Assembly: GCA_947302535.1 (NCBI GenBank) | Contig: CAMYVX010000002.1 | Location: 7,341 to 71,340 of the forward strand | Origin: an uncultured Bacillales bacterium | GTDB taxonomy: Bacteria > Bacillota_I > Bacilli_A > RFN20 > CAG-826 | Length of the DNA stretch: 64,000 nt | Direction: 5' to 3' | Part shown: piece after piece, positions 1-9,652 of the stretch | Layout: every line of letters starts with the position of its first letter | Numbering within the stretch: position 1 is the first letter of the stretch | Notes under the pieces: model-generated | Databases searched by the model: none | Seen by the model: the letters and a program-made list of their open reading frames with translations, nothing else | Told to the model about the DNA's origin: nothing | Translations under genes and position numbers: made by a program

Positions 1-1596
1 ACCAGTTGGTTTGAACAATGGGGACCAACTATCATTATGCTTCTTGGTAGTGGATTAATTGTTTTATTCTTATTCTCACGTCTTTCCGGATCCGTTGGCT
101 CTGCGAATAGACAAGCTTTAGATTTTAATAAATCTCGTGCACGTAGAGTTTCTAAGAGCAATACCCGTTTTGATGATGTTGCTGGTGCCGAAGAAGAAAA
201 GGCCGAAATGAAAGAACTTGTTGATTATCTAAAAGAGCCAAAGAAGTTCTCTCAATTTGGTGCGAAATTGCCTAAAGGTGTCCTTTTAGTGGGCCCTCCA
301 GGATGTGGTAAAACTTTATTAGCCAAAGCTGTTGCTGGTGAAGCTGGTGTTCCATTCTTCTCTATTTCTGGCTCCGACTTTGTCGAAATGTTTGTCGGTG
401 TTGGTGCTGGACGTGTGAGAGATATGTTTAAGACCGCGAAGGAAAACGCTCCATGTCTGCTCTTTATCGATGAAATCGATGCTGTTGGTAGACAAAGAGG
501 TGCTGGCTTAGGCGGTGGTAATGATGAAAGAGAACAAACATTGAACCAATTACTCGTGGAAATGGATGGCTTCTCTGATAATGCTGGTATTATTGTCATC
601 GCTGCAACAAACCGTGATGATGTTTTAGACCCTGCTTTATTAAGAGCGGGACGTTTCGATAGAAAGATTACTGTTTCTCTTCCTGATAGAGAAGGTCGTG
701 AAGCTATCTTTAAAGTCCATGCTCGTAATAAAGTTTTAGAAGATGATGTTGATTTTGCTGCTTTAGCCAAGAGAACCGTTGGTTTCTCTGGAGCAGATAT
801 TGAAAATATCATGAATGAAGCCGCGATTCTTTGTGTTAGAAGAAATAAACAAAAGATTGGCATCGATGAAATCGATGAGGCTATTGATAGAAGAATTGCT
901 GGACCTGCAAAGAGTTCACGTGCGTTAAACACTCACGAAAGAGAAATCGTCGCGTATCACGAAGCTGGTCACGCGATTATCGGTTTGAAATATCCTCATT
1001 CTGATAAAGTACAAAAGATTACTATCATTCCTCGTGGAAATACAGGCGGACATGTTCGTATGACTCCTGAAGAAGATCGCTTCTTGCTTACTAAGAAAGA
1101 ACTAGAAGCACGTATTGTTGGCTATCTTGGCGGACGTACTTCGGAAGAAATTTTCTTTGATGATGTTTCTAGCGGCGCTCAAAACGATATTGAAATGGCG
1201 ACACAAATTGCTCGTATTATGGTTACTGAACTTGGTATGAGCGAACTTGGCCCTATTCAATATGAAAGAAATACTGGTAGTGTCTTCTTAGGAAGAGACT
1301 ATACAAATTCACAAAAGAATTTCTCTATTGAAACAGCGACTAAGATTGACGCTGCTGTTAAAGAAATTATCGATAATTCTCATAAGATTGCTCATGACGT
1401 CATTAGTAAACACAAGAAAGAAGTTACTTTGATTGCTAAGACATTACTTGAACATGAACAAATCACAGCTGAAGAGATTGACTATTTATTAGAACACGGT
1501 CGCTTAAAGCGTGATGAAAAAGAGGAAGTTTCTGCTCCTGAAACTCCAAAGGAAGAAGTTACTTCTATAGATAAGAAAGTTGAAGGAGATAAATAA
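1..1596 (+). CDS. ftsH: ATP-dependent zinc metalloprotease FtsH (5' truncated; frame open from position 1)
   Basis: Walker A GPPGCGKT, Walker [20 protein letters not shown], zinc motif HEAGH; reading frame continues upstream of the ATG at 37 to the window edge. Confidence 0.97.
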   Translation, partial: TSWFEQWGPTIIMLLGSGLIVLFLFSRLSGSVGSANRQALDFNKSRARRVSKSNTRFDDVAGAEEEKAEMKELVDYLKEPKKFSQFGAKLPKGVLLVGPPGCGKTLLAKAVAGEAGVPFFSISGSDFVEMFVGVGAGRVRDMFKTAKENAPCLLFIDEIDAVGRQRGAGLGGGNDEREQTLNQLLVEMDGFSDNAGIIVIAATNRDDVLDPALLRAGRFDRKITVSLPDREGREAIFKVHARNKVLEDDVDFAALAKRTVGFSGADIENIMNEAAILCVRRNKQKIGIDEIDEAIDRRIAGPAKSSRALNTHEREIVAYHEAGHAIIGLKYPHSDKVQKITIIPRGNTGGHVRMTPEEDRFLLTKKELEARIVGYLGGRTSEEIFFDDVSSGAQNDIEMATQIARIMVTELGMSELGPIQYERNTGSVFLGRDYTNSQKNFSIETATKIDAAVKEIIDNSHKIAHDVISKHKKEVTLIAKTLLEHEQITAEEIDYLLEHGRLKRDEKEEVSAPETPKEEVTSIDKKVEGDK

Positions 1597-1617
1597 GAGA
1601 GGCCACCCTCTCTTTTT
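1596..1617 (+). terminator. Intrinsic terminator-like hairpin after ftsH
   Basis: AGAGAGG-ccac-CCTCTCT followed by T run. Confidence 0.55.
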
Positions 1618-1620
1618 CCT

Positions 1621-2601
1621 ATGTGGAAAATTGGTAACATTGAAATAGAAGGAAGAGTTGTTCTTGCTCCAATGGCGGGAATAACTTCTAGTGGTTATCG
1701 TTTATTCAACAAACGTTTTGGTGTAGCTGTTTTTGTTAGTGAGATGGTCTCAGATATGGGGCTCATTTACGATAACAAACAAACTGAGACTTATGTTAAA
1801 TTTGATAAGCTCTTTCCTACTGGCTTACAGTTATTTGGTTCATCTCCGGAAACTATGAAAAAAGCGGCGATAATAGCGCAAAAAGCCAATAAAAACATAG
1901 ATTTCTTTGATGTTAATATGGGCTGTCCAGTTCCTAAGGTGACTAATTCGGGAGCGGGTTCTAGTCTTATGAAAAATCCTAAATTATGTGGTGATATTAT
2001 TCGTTCTATTAAGTCCGCCACTTCTTTACCAGTGACCGCGAAAATTAGATTAGGTTGGGATAATAGCTCTATCAATTATTTAGAAGTTATAAAGGAACTT
2101 GAAAAGGCAGGAGTGGATGCGATTGCTATTCATGCTCGAACTAGAAAAGAACTTTATTTAGGTGAGCCACATTTTGATTTATTAAAAGACTTAAGGAGCA
2201 AGATGAGTGTTCCTTTAATCGTCTCTGGGAATATTTTTACTCTTGATGACGCGATTAGAGCGATTAATATTACAGGAGCGGATGCGGTTATGGTGGCCCG
2301 TGGTGGAATGGGTAATCCAACACTTATTAAACAAATTGATTCGTATTATCGTCATGGAGAGAAAATTGAACCAGCTTCTCTTAAAGAACAAATTGATTAT
2401 TGTTTAGAACTTGCTGATTATCTAATTGAAGAAAAAGGTGAATCATTGGCGATGAGAGTTTATCGTAGCATCGCTCCTAAATTTTTTAATGGTTTTGCCA
2501 ACTGTAAAAAGTATAAAACACGCTTAGTAACTGAACTAGTGAGTAGAAAATCATTAGTGGGCATTCTTGAAGAAATTAAAAAAGAAAACAATATTAATTA
2601 A
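1621..2601 (+). CDS. dusB: tRNA-dihydrouridine synthase (DusB family)
   Basis: LAPMAG, DVNMGCP, GAGSSL, TAKIRLGW, IHART motifs. Confidence 0.93.
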   Translation: MWKIGNIEIEGRVVLAPMAGITSSGYRLFNKRFGVAVFVSEMVSDMGLIYDNKQTETYVKFDKLFPTGLQLFGSSPETMKKAAIIAQKANKNIDFFDVNMGCPVPKVTNSGAGSSLMKNPKLCGDIIRSIKSATSLPVTAKIRLGWDNSSINYLEVIKELEKAGVDAIAIHARTRKELYLGEPHFDLLKDLRSKMSVPLIVSGNIFTLDDAIRAINITGADAVMVARGGMGNPTLIKQIDSYYRHGEKIEPASLKEQIDYCLELADYLIEEKGESLAMRVYRSIAPKFFNGFANCKKYKTRLVTELVSRKSLVGILEEIKKENNIN

Positions 2602-2650
2602 TAAATTAAACAAATCGTGTAAAATAGATAGGAAAACGAGGATAGGTTTT

Positions 2651-4135
2651 ATGGAAGTTAAAGAATTAAATGACCAAGAACAAGCAAGACGAGATAAGCT
2701 TGCTAAATATGAAGAATTAGGCATTGATCCTTTTGGTCAAGCCTATAAAGTAAGTCATCATGTTAAAGACATTAGAGATTTATGTAACAAGAAATCTCCT
2801 AAGGCTATTGAAAGAATGAATTTAGTTGTTTCTGTTGCCGGAAGAATTAAAGCCATTCGTAGAATGGGCAAAGCCTCATTTATTAATATCCAAGATAAAA
2901 CAGGCAATATCCAATCCTATATTGGTATTGATGTCGTTGGTAAAAAAGCTTATGACGTTTTCCGCCTTGCTGATATTGGAGATATTGTTGGTGTTAAAGG
3001 TCGTGTTATGACGACAAGGACTGGCGAACTCACTATCCGCGCGGAGAAATATACCCACTTAACCAAATGTCTACATCCATTAGCGGAAAAATTCCATGGT
3101 TTAACTGATATTGAAGAAAGAAGCCGCCGTCGTTATTTAGACTTAATCATGAATGATGAATCAAGGAACACCGCTTTTATGCGTCCTCGTATCGTGAGAA
3201 GCATTCAACACTTCCTTGATGAACAAGGATTTGTGGAAGTGGAAACATCTATCTTAAATCCAATTTTAGGAGGCGCTGCGGCTCGTCCATTTGTTACTCA
3301 TCATAATACTTTAGACAAAGATTTCTATTTAAGAATTGCCACTGAACTTAATCTAAAGAGATTAATTGTCGGTGGTATGGAAAGAGTCTATGAAATTGGC
3401 CGTCTATTTAGAAACGAAGGTATGGATGCTAATCATAATCCAGAATTTACTTCAATTGAAATCTATCAAGCCTATACTGATTTAAAGGGCATCGGTGCGT
3501 TAACTGAAAAGATGATTCGTCACGCTGCTAAAGAAGTGACGGGTTCAGCCTTAGTTAATTATCAAGATAAGGTTATTGATTTTAAATCTCCATTTAGATG
3601 GATTTCCATGAATGATTTGATTAAAGAAAAAACCGGAATTGATTTTAAGAATATTACCAGCTTTGAAGAAGCTAAGGCTTTAGCGGACCAACATCATATT
3701 AAACTTGATAAATTCAAGAATAGTGTAGGTTATGTTATGAACGAATTCTTTGAGGAATTATGCCAAGATGACCTCATTCAACCAACATTCGTATATTCTT
3801 ATCCAATTGAAGTCTCTCCTCTAACAAAAAAGGAAAAAGACCCAAGATTTACGCAAAGATTTGAATTATTTGTCAATGGTAAAGAATTAGCTAATGCCTA
3901 TACTGAACTTAATGATCCACTTGATCAGAAAGAAAGATTCATATCACAATTGAAGGCTAAATCTTTAGGTGATGATGAAACCAGTGAAATGGATACTGAT
4001 TTCGTGGAAGCGCTTGAATACGGCATGCCTCCAACTGGTGGAGTTGGTATGGGTATTGATAGACTAGTAATGCTTTTAACTAACCAATCTCAGATTAGAG
4101 AAGTCATTCTCTTTCCGTTAATGAAAGATAAATAG
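2651..4135 (+). CDS. lysS: Lysine--tRNA ligase (class II)
   Basis: OB-fold anticodon domain, YLRIATEL, FRNEG, ALEYGMPPTGGVGMGIDRL; start moved to the ATG at 2651. Confidence 0.97.
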   Translation: MEVKELNDQEQARRDKLAKYEELGIDPFGQAYKVSHHVKDIRDLCNKKSPKAIERMNLVVSVAGRIKAIRRMGKASFINIQDKTGNIQSYIGIDVVGKKAYDVFRLADIGDIVGVKGRVMTTRTGELTIRAEKYTHLTKCLHPLAEKFHGLTDIEERSRRRYLDLIMNDESRNTAFMRPRIVRSIQHFLDEQGFVEVETSILNPILGGAAARPFVTHHNTLDKDFYLRIATELNLKRLIVGGMERVYEIGRLFRNEGMDANHNPEFTSIEIYQAYTDLKGIGALTEKMIRHAAKEVTGSALVNYQDKVIDFKSPFRWISMNDLIKEKTGIDFKNITSFEEAKALADQHHIKLDKFKNSVGYVMNEFFEELCQDDLIQPTFVYSYPIEVSPLTKKEKDPRFTQRFELFVNGKELANAYTELNDPLDQKERFISQLKAKSLGDDETSEMDTDFVEALEYGMPPTGGVGMGIDRLVMLLTNQSQIREVILFPLMKDK

Positions 4136-4142
4136 AAAATTT

Positions 4143-4163
4143 AAGGAGCTTTGCTCCTTTTTT
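4143..4163 (+). terminator. Intrinsic terminator after lysS
   Basis: AAGGAGC-ttt-GCTCCTT plus T run. Confidence 0.75.
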
Positions 4164-4248
4164 CTTTTTGCGAAAAATGTTTTAAAATTCGTCCCATTTT
4201 CTTTGTCTATTAATTATTAGAACAACTTTTTAAGAGCGAAGATTTTAT

Positions 4249-4277
4249 TTGACCGATTATAGGCATATATGTATAAT
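4249..4277 (+). promoter_or_regulatory. Sigma-A promoter of rpsF-ssb-rpsR
   Basis: TTGACC (4249-4254), 17-bp spacer, TATAAT (4272-4277). Confidence 0.75.
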
Positions 4278-4297
4278 ACATATGCTTATTAAAGCAA

Positions 4298-4344
4298 ACT
4301 CTCTGCTATTAAATTTGTTAATAGCCAGATGACCAAAGGGAGGT
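4298..4344 (+). promoter_or_regulatory. S6:S18-binding ribosomal protein leader (rpsF leader)
   Basis: Hairpin GCTATTAA/TTAATAGC, then a CCA triplet, then a lower stem CTCTCT/AGGGAG covering the rpsF Shine-Dalgarno; matches the known S6:S18 leader layout. Confidence 0.65.
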
Positions 4345-4352
4345 AGAACAAA

Positions 4353-4643
4353 ATGCGCAATTACGAAATTATGTACATTTTGAAGGCTGACTTAGATGAA
4401 GCCGCTCGTGATGCCGAGAAATCTGCTATCGCCAAACTTATCACTGATAATGGTGGCGAAGTGAAGAAAACTGATGAATCTCTTGGCTTACGCGACTTAG
4501 CTTATCCAATTAATGATGAAGTTAAGGGCTACTATGTCGTTATCAAAGTGTCTGCCGGTGAACCAGCTTTACGCGAATTCAACCGCCGTATTCGCCACAA
4601 CGCTAATGTGCTTCGCTATTTAGTTGTTGTCGATCACGAATAA
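4353..4643 (+). CDS. rpsF: 30S ribosomal protein S6
   Basis: MRNYEIMYIL, GLRDLAYPI, NVLRYLVV; rpsF-ssb-rpsR order. Confidence 0.97.
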   Translation: MRNYEIMYILKADLDEAARDAEKSAIAKLITDNGGEVKKTDESLGLRDLAYPINDEVKGYYVVIKVSAGEPALREFNRRIRHNANVLRYLVVVDHE

Positions 4644-4657
4644 GGAGGCAATTGAAA

Positions 4658-5086
4658 ATGATTAATCGTGTCGTTCTCGTGGGTCGCTTAGTGCGCGATC
4701 CAGAACTCAAAAAAACCACTTCTGGTAATCCTGTATGCACATTCACAGTCGCGGTTGATAACCGTATGAAGAATCCTGATGGATCAAAAGGAACTAGTTT
4801 CCTTCCATGTGTTGTCTTCTCTCAAGCTGCTGACAATGTGTCAAAGTTTACTAGAAAAGGTTCATTGGTAGGTATCGAAGGTCGTTTAAACCAAAGAAAT
4901 TTCACTCGCACCGATGGAACTAAAGGAACTACTATTGAAGTTTTATGTGATAGTGTTCAATTCTTAGAACCAAAAGGTAATCACTCTGATGCTGAAATCA
5001 TCTATGATGATGGACCAGCTCAAGATGATATTGAGGATAAGAATCTTGATGGTTTAGATTTACCTGATGATGATCTTCCATTCTAA
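4658..5086 (+). CDS. ssb: Single-stranded DNA-binding protein
   Basis: MINRVVLVGRLVRDPEL, acidic tail DDDLPF; RBS AGGAGG at 4643-4648. Confidence 0.97.
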   Translation: MINRVVLVGRLVRDPELKKTTSGNPVCTFTVAVDNRMKNPDGSKGTSFLPCVVFSQAADNVSKFTRKGSLVGIEGRLNQRNFTRTDGTKGTTIEVLCDSVQFLEPKGNHSDAEIIYDDGPAQDDIEDKNLDGLDLPDDDLPF

Positions 5087-5104
5087 ATTAGAAAGGAAAT
5101 TATT

Positions 5105-5332
5105 ATGGCATTTAAAAAAGTTAGACCACATAAGAAAGTATGTGTGTTCTGCAAGAACAAATCTAAATTCATTGATTATAAAGATGTTGAATTACTCAAG
5201 ACCATGATTACTCCAAATGGAAAAATTTCTCCACGTAGAGGTACAGGTACTTGCGCTAAACATCAAAGAGAATTAGCTGTAGCTATTAAGAACGCTAGAT
5301 TTATGGCGCTTCTTCCATACGTCCAAGACTAA
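5105..5332 (+). CDS. rpsR: 30S ribosomal protein S18
   Basis: [30 protein letters not shown] (Zn-binding Cys type). Confidence 0.97.
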   Translation: MAFKKVRPHKKVCVFCKNKSKFIDYKDVELLKTMITPNGKISPRRGTGTCAKHQRELAVAIKNARFMALLPYVQD

Positions 5333-5342
5333 TAATTGTTTG

Positions 5343-5484
5343 TGTAGCAGGATAGTCGCGATTTGCCTCAGTTGGCTAAAAATGACTTCCCTCGCAAGGC
5401 AGTTAGTCGAAGCATATGAAGAAGTCCTAAGTCTAGGGCTAAAATCAATGTAAATTAAGTCGTCTATAATGGGCGGCTTTTTTT
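5343..5484 (+). repeat. ~140-nt structured intergenic element, copy 1 (full length), ending in an intrinsic terminator
   Basis: TGTAGCAG...GTCGCGATTTGCCTCAGTTGGCTAAAAATG...TCGAAGCATATG...GGGCTAAA.TCAATGTAAATTAAGTCGTC...GGCGGCTTTTTTT; near-identical blocks at 7011 and 12548. Confidence 0.9.
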
Positions 5485-5542
5485 GTGTTATAATTAATTG
5501 AGATTTCTCTGTAAAATATTGCTAATATATTATCAATAATCA

Positions 5543-5576
5543 TTGAAAAATGATGAAAATATGCTAAAATATTAGC
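5543..5576 (+). promoter_or_regulatory. Putative promoter and operator of the hipB/hipA-like pair
   Basis: TTGAAA, 16 bp, TGc-TAAAAT (5565-5570); inverted repeat GCTAA-aata-TTAGC (5563-5576) overlaps the -10. Confidence 0.5.
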
Positions 5577-5578
5577 GT

Positions 5579-5869
5579 ATGGAAGAACAAGCATTACAAT
5601 TTATTACATATTATGAAAATCAGTTAGAAATAGCTAAACGGTTTGTTGCAATTAGAAAAAACAAAAAGGTGTCTCAAAAGAAGTTGTCTATTCTTTCTGG
5701 TGTTTCTTATGCCTCCATCAGAAGATTTGAAAAAACTGGAGATATATCTCTAGCTTCGTTGGTTAAAATGGCTTTAGCGTTACAGCTTTATGATGATTTG
5801 GACAATTTGTTCAAAAACCATCAAGAATACAAATCAATTGAGGAAATAATCAATGATCAGAAAGATTGA
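5579..5869 (+). CDS. XRE-family HTH protein, HipB-like antitoxin
   Basis: RKNKKVSQKKLSILSGVSYASIRRFEKTG HTH; overlaps the downstream HipA-like gene. Confidence 0.8.
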   Translation: MEEQALQFITYYENQLEIAKRFVAIRKNKKVSQKKLSILSGVSYASIRRFEKTGDISLASLVKMALALQLYDDLDNLFKNHQEYKSIEEIINDQKD

Positions 5870-6944
5870 TGTTATTGCCGATAAAATAAAAGTGGGAACG
5901 ATTGCTCTAACAAAAGACAATAGAGTGGCTTTTCAATATAGTGACGAATGGATAGAAAATGGCTTTTCCATTAATCCATTCAAGCTGCCTCTTTCAAGAC
6001 AGCTATTTTTTGCTACCTCACCCTACTTTAAAGGTTTATTTGGAGTTTTCGCGGATTCCTTGCCGGATAGTTATGGCGAACTGCTTCTAGAACGTTATTT
6101 AAAAAGCAAAAAAATAAAAATTGGTGAGATCACATGTCTTGACAGGCTTGCATATGTTGGCTCTTCTGGCATGGGTCTATTAGAATATGTTCCTGATTTG
6201 AGCGTTGATACCGATAGAAGTAATGTTGATTTTGATTTAATACAAAAAGAGTGCAACGATTTATTGGATTCTAAAGAAGTTGATAATATATATGAATTAT
6301 ATTCATTGGGCGGCTCTAGCGGAGGAGCTAGACCGAAATCACTAATTAAATATGATGGCGAAGATTATATTGTTAAATTTTCTTCTAGATTTGATCCAAA
6401 AAATATTGCTGAACTTGAATATAAATATATGTCCCTTGCTCGTAAAGCAGGAATAAATATACCAGATATTAAACTTGTGACATCAAAGAGCAGAAGTAAA
6501 TATTTTCTTATTAAAAGATTTGATAGAAATGGCGCAAAAAAGATTCATATGATAAGCGCAGCCGCTCTTTTAGAAGTCGATTTCAGAGCCCCTTCCCTTG
6601 ATTATAATGAATTGATCAAACTTACTAGAATATTAACAAAAAATGATGGTGATATTTTAGAAATATATAGAAGAATGGTTTTTAATGTTCTAATTGACAA
6701 TCAAGATGACCATGCGAAAAACTTCTCATTCATCTATGACAGCACGAACAAAACATATAGATTATCCCCTGCATACGACATAACTCCTGGTAAAACGTAT
6801 TATGGCGAGCACACAACTTCTATAAATGGAAAAGGGAAGAATATAACCGATGAGGATATGATAAAGGTTGCTATAAATAACAAAATAGATTCAAGTGTTG
6901 CTAAAAGCATTATTGAAAGATGCAAAAACGCTATAAAGAATTAG
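5853..6944 (+). CDS. HipA-family kinase toxin (type II TA)
   Basis: N-terminal couple domain (FQYSDEW, FADSLPD), GSSGGARPK loop, IKRFDR, FNVLIDNQDDHAKNFSF, LSPAYDI. Confidence 0.9.
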   Translation: MIRKIDVIADKIKVGTIALTKDNRVAFQYSDEWIENGFSINPFKLPLSRQLFFATSPYFKGLFGVFADSLPDSYGELLLERYLKSKKIKIGEITCLDRLAYVGSSGMGLLEYVPDLSVDTDRSNVDFDLIQKECNDLLDSKEVDNIYELYSLGGSSGGARPKSLIKYDGEDYIVKFSSRFDPKNIAELEYKYMSLARKAGINIPDIKLVTSKSRSKYFLIKRFDRNGAKKIHMISAAALLEVDFRAPSLDYNELIKLTRILTKNDGDILEIYRRMVFNVLIDNQDDHAKNFSFIYDSTNKTYRLSPAYDITPGKTYYGEHTTSINGKGKNITDEDMIKVAINNKIDSSVAKSIIERCKNAIKN

Positions 6945-7010
6945 CCGACGCAATTAAAAATGCAAGATTAATGGCACTTCTCCCATTCGTTGCAGACTAA
7001 TTAAACTCAT

Positions 7011-7154
7011 TGTAGCAGGGGAGGGCAGTCGCGATTTGCCTCAGTTGGCTAAAAATGGCTTTCCTCACAAAGCATTAATCGAAGCATATGAAGAAGTCCT
7101 AAGTCTAGGGCTAAATCAATGTAAATTAAGTCGTCCATAGTGGCGGCTTTTTTT
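7011..7154 (+). repeat. ~140-nt structured element, copy 2 (full length)
   Basis: Aligns with 5343-5484 along its whole length; same hairpins and terminator. Confidence 0.9.
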
Positions 7155-7474
7155 GTGCTGTCTGGGCGGTCTGTCGGGCGTCGTCAAGGCGTGCACGTTT
7201 CGTACGACTGCGTGTGAAGCAATTGGAGGCCTTCGTGTCGAAGCTTTGTCGGGCAGCTTGTCGTGCCGTCGTCGAAGTAGTCGTGGCAAAATTGGACAAC
7301 TGGCGGAGGGCAATTTTGGGGAAAGCGGATTTTAAACTAAACATGGAAAATGGGTTTGAACAATTACATAAGTATAATGAAACAATTGCTAACTCTAGAA
7401 AGTGATAGAAATGTATTTTCTATTTACTACTGACATGCTCTATAATAATTTCAATATTTGAGGCGATTGACTTT

Positions 7475-9643
7475 ATGAAACGGAAAAAACTAGCAACCTT
7501 ATTGGCATTATTCGCTACAACATTATGTGGTTTGGTGTCTGCTATTGCGTCTGGCAGCAACCACGACCCCATTATGAATAAAGCAGAAGAAATTCCTTAT
7601 CGAATTGATTTATCTTATGAAAATAAACAACTCACCAAAGAAATTGAATATAACTACGCCACATTTAAAGTAGTTAATGTCTATACATATCGAGGAAGTA
7701 AACTCAAATTTCTACAATATGATGTTTCTTACGATAACGAAAAAGTTGTACTTGGTAATGGCGCGTGGTTTGGCACGATTGGTGAAACCGATGTTTATCG
7801 AAGTTTAATTAAAGGCTTAACTTGTATTCACTTTGTGAACGGCTCCAATTTACTTGTTAAATACTCTTGGCATGAAAATTCAGGCAATGTTTATGAAGAA
7901 CAACCAGACTCCAACGGAGATGTTTATTTTAGTGGTTTAATGCCTTCATATTTTAGAGTTGAACCGTTAAATAGTAGTGGGGCCTCATTCTCTTCTTGTG
8001 AAATCTATTATGATTGTTTGGTTTCCCCAACTGATGAGCCTCAAGAACGCACTGCTTCTAATGTAGCCATGAAACAATCATTCTGTGGTGCTGACCCAGG
8101 AGATTTGTATCGCTATATTGACCCTGATCACTCCTTAGAGCGTACTCAAGTAGGCAATGACTATATCTTCGCAGAATACAATAAAACAATTGAGCAATCT
8201 TTAGACTTACATAACTTAGTTATGTCATTTAATTTTTCTTCCCCAATTGGTGGAAAAACCCACTACGAGGGAGTGAGATTAGATGATCCATTTGTGACTG
8301 ATTTAAATATTTGGCATGAAAATTCTGAACATACCAAAGTTGAATATGGCGAACAAACCTTGCATGTATCATTTACATTCAAAGGTTTTGGACATGTAAC
8401 CAATCATTCATTTACCGTGTTTGGTTATTATAGATCAACATCCCATTTTAGTGTTGTTTCTGCTGATAATGTTAGAAAACAAGCTAATGAAACTATCCCA
8501 GAAGAAAACGCTGTTCTTATTTGGTCATATATTTCTTTCATTGGATGGGGATCTATTGACGCTTTTGATCAAACAGCATGCCAAGAATATGTTGGATGCT
8601 CCATGTTCTATAGAACAATTAATTTCAAAGACTTACAACATTTACAATTAGATGAGCATCCATTTACCACTGTCGGAGAGCATGAATTATCTTTTAGATT
8701 AGAAGAATACTACACACTCCATGCGTCATACTATGTCTATGACGAAGATAATTATCTTAAAACAATTGTCTACAATGGTTTCAAAAAAGAAATTGAACCA
8801 GGTTTTGACTTTGAAGGATATTTTGAAAGTGGAGCGGCGTCTGTAGACCTTATGTACTATGATGGAACGTTTGAGAATATTGTCATCGATGAAAATCATG
8901 TTGATTTATCAAAAGTTAACACATACGTTGAAGGATTATATCCTTACTTTGTTACAATCAAGGGCAAAAAATATAAGCAATTCGTTTCTGTGGTCTTAAC
9001 TGATATCGGCGAAGATGAATATAACGTTACTTACACAACCAGTCCAGATAATTATGAGAATGTTTATGCGTGGGGATTTGATTATTATGCTGCTTTCAAT
9101 CAAGTGTATATCAAGTCTATTACTACAAGCTCTATGGGTTATCGTGCAGTTTGCTTTATGGATTTAGCTCATCCAGATAAGAATAACTTCACTCGTTGTG
9201 GTACCTATGCAGTTGATAGTGATCATCATCAATTAGTGTTGTTTGGACAACTATGGGCAAGTAGAGTTTCCTTCTATCACCAAGAAGGAGATGGAGAAAG
9301 AGAATTTAAACTCAGCGAACATTGTGAAGTTGAAACCAGTTATGCAGTCAACAAAACATTAATACCTACAGAAGATTCTTATATGTGGAATCATTATGGA
9401 GAAACAACCGATAGATTCTACATCTTTAAGACCGAAAATAACGAGATGAAAGTCACGCTTAACAGTTTGACTATCAGAACAACGTTATCTTATCTCAATG
9501 AAGAGAAGACACAGATTTCGTTTAATATCCCATTCATCAGCTTCGATGGGTCATTAGTTAGTATTATTTTACGTGCAACAATTAATTATTCAGACAACTC
9601 AATATTTATTGAAACACCAAGTGAACTTATCTATGACGACTAA
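7475..9643 (+). CDS. Large exported or surface protein with a probable Ig-like (Big_3-type) segment
   Basis: N-terminal signal MKRKKLATLLALFATTLCGLVSAIA; VDLSKVNTYVEGLYPYFVTIKG resembles bacterial Ig-like group 3 repeats; remainder unrecognised. Confidence 0.7.
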   Translation: MKRKKLATLLALFATTLCGLVSAIASGSNHDPIMNKAEEIPYRIDLSYENKQLTKEIEYNYATFKVVNVYTYRGSKLKFLQYDVSYDNEKVVLGNGAWFGTIGETDVYRSLIKGLTCIHFVNGSNLLVKYSWHENSGNVYEEQPDSNGDVYFSGLMPSYFRVEPLNSSGASFSSCEIYYDCLVSPTDEPQERTASNVAMKQSFCGADPGDLYRYIDPDHSLERTQVGNDYIFAEYNKTIEQSLDLHNLVMSFNFSSPIGGKTHYEGVRLDDPFVTDLNIWHENSEHTKVEYGEQTLHVSFTFKGFGHVTNHSFTVFGYYRSTSHFSVVSADNVRKQANETIPEENAVLIWSYISFIGWGSIDAFDQTACQEYVGCSMFYRTINFKDLQHLQLDEHPFTTVGEHELSFRLEEYYTLHASYYVYDEDNYLKTIVYNGFKKEIEPGFDFEGYFESGAASVDLMYYDGTFENIVIDENHVDLSKVNTYVEGLYPYFVTIKGKKYKQFVSVVLTDIGEDEYNVTYTTSPDNYENVYAWGFDYYAAFNQVYIKSITTSSMGYRAVCFMDLAHPDKNNFTRCGTYAVDSDHHQLVLFGQLWASRVSFYHQEGDGEREFKLSEHCEVETSYAVNKTLIPTEDSYMWNHYGETTDRFYIFKTENNEMKVTLNSLTIRTTLSYLNEEKTQISFNIPFISFDGSLVSIILRATINYSDNSIFIETPSELIYDD

Positions 9644-9652
9644 GGAGCCTTA

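Noticed and set aside
252-932. 226-aa antisense ORF inside ftsH, and similar antisense ORFs in dusB, gdpP, asnS, pcrA and ligA
   Set aside because: Fully nested opposite conserved housekeeping genes; typical shadow frames.
5400-5460. Resemblance of GGGCTAAA and TATG/CCTAAG to the c-di-GMP-I riboswitch or a tetraloop receptor
   Set aside because: The GGCAAA...GAAA...GACGCAAA core is absent, and the receptor-like bases are not kept in copies 3 and 5.
7116-7405. Four short overlapping ORFs (60-72 aa) over the GC-rich block
   Set aside because: No RBS or recognisable motif. They overlap the repeat, and open frames are expected in GC-rich sequence.
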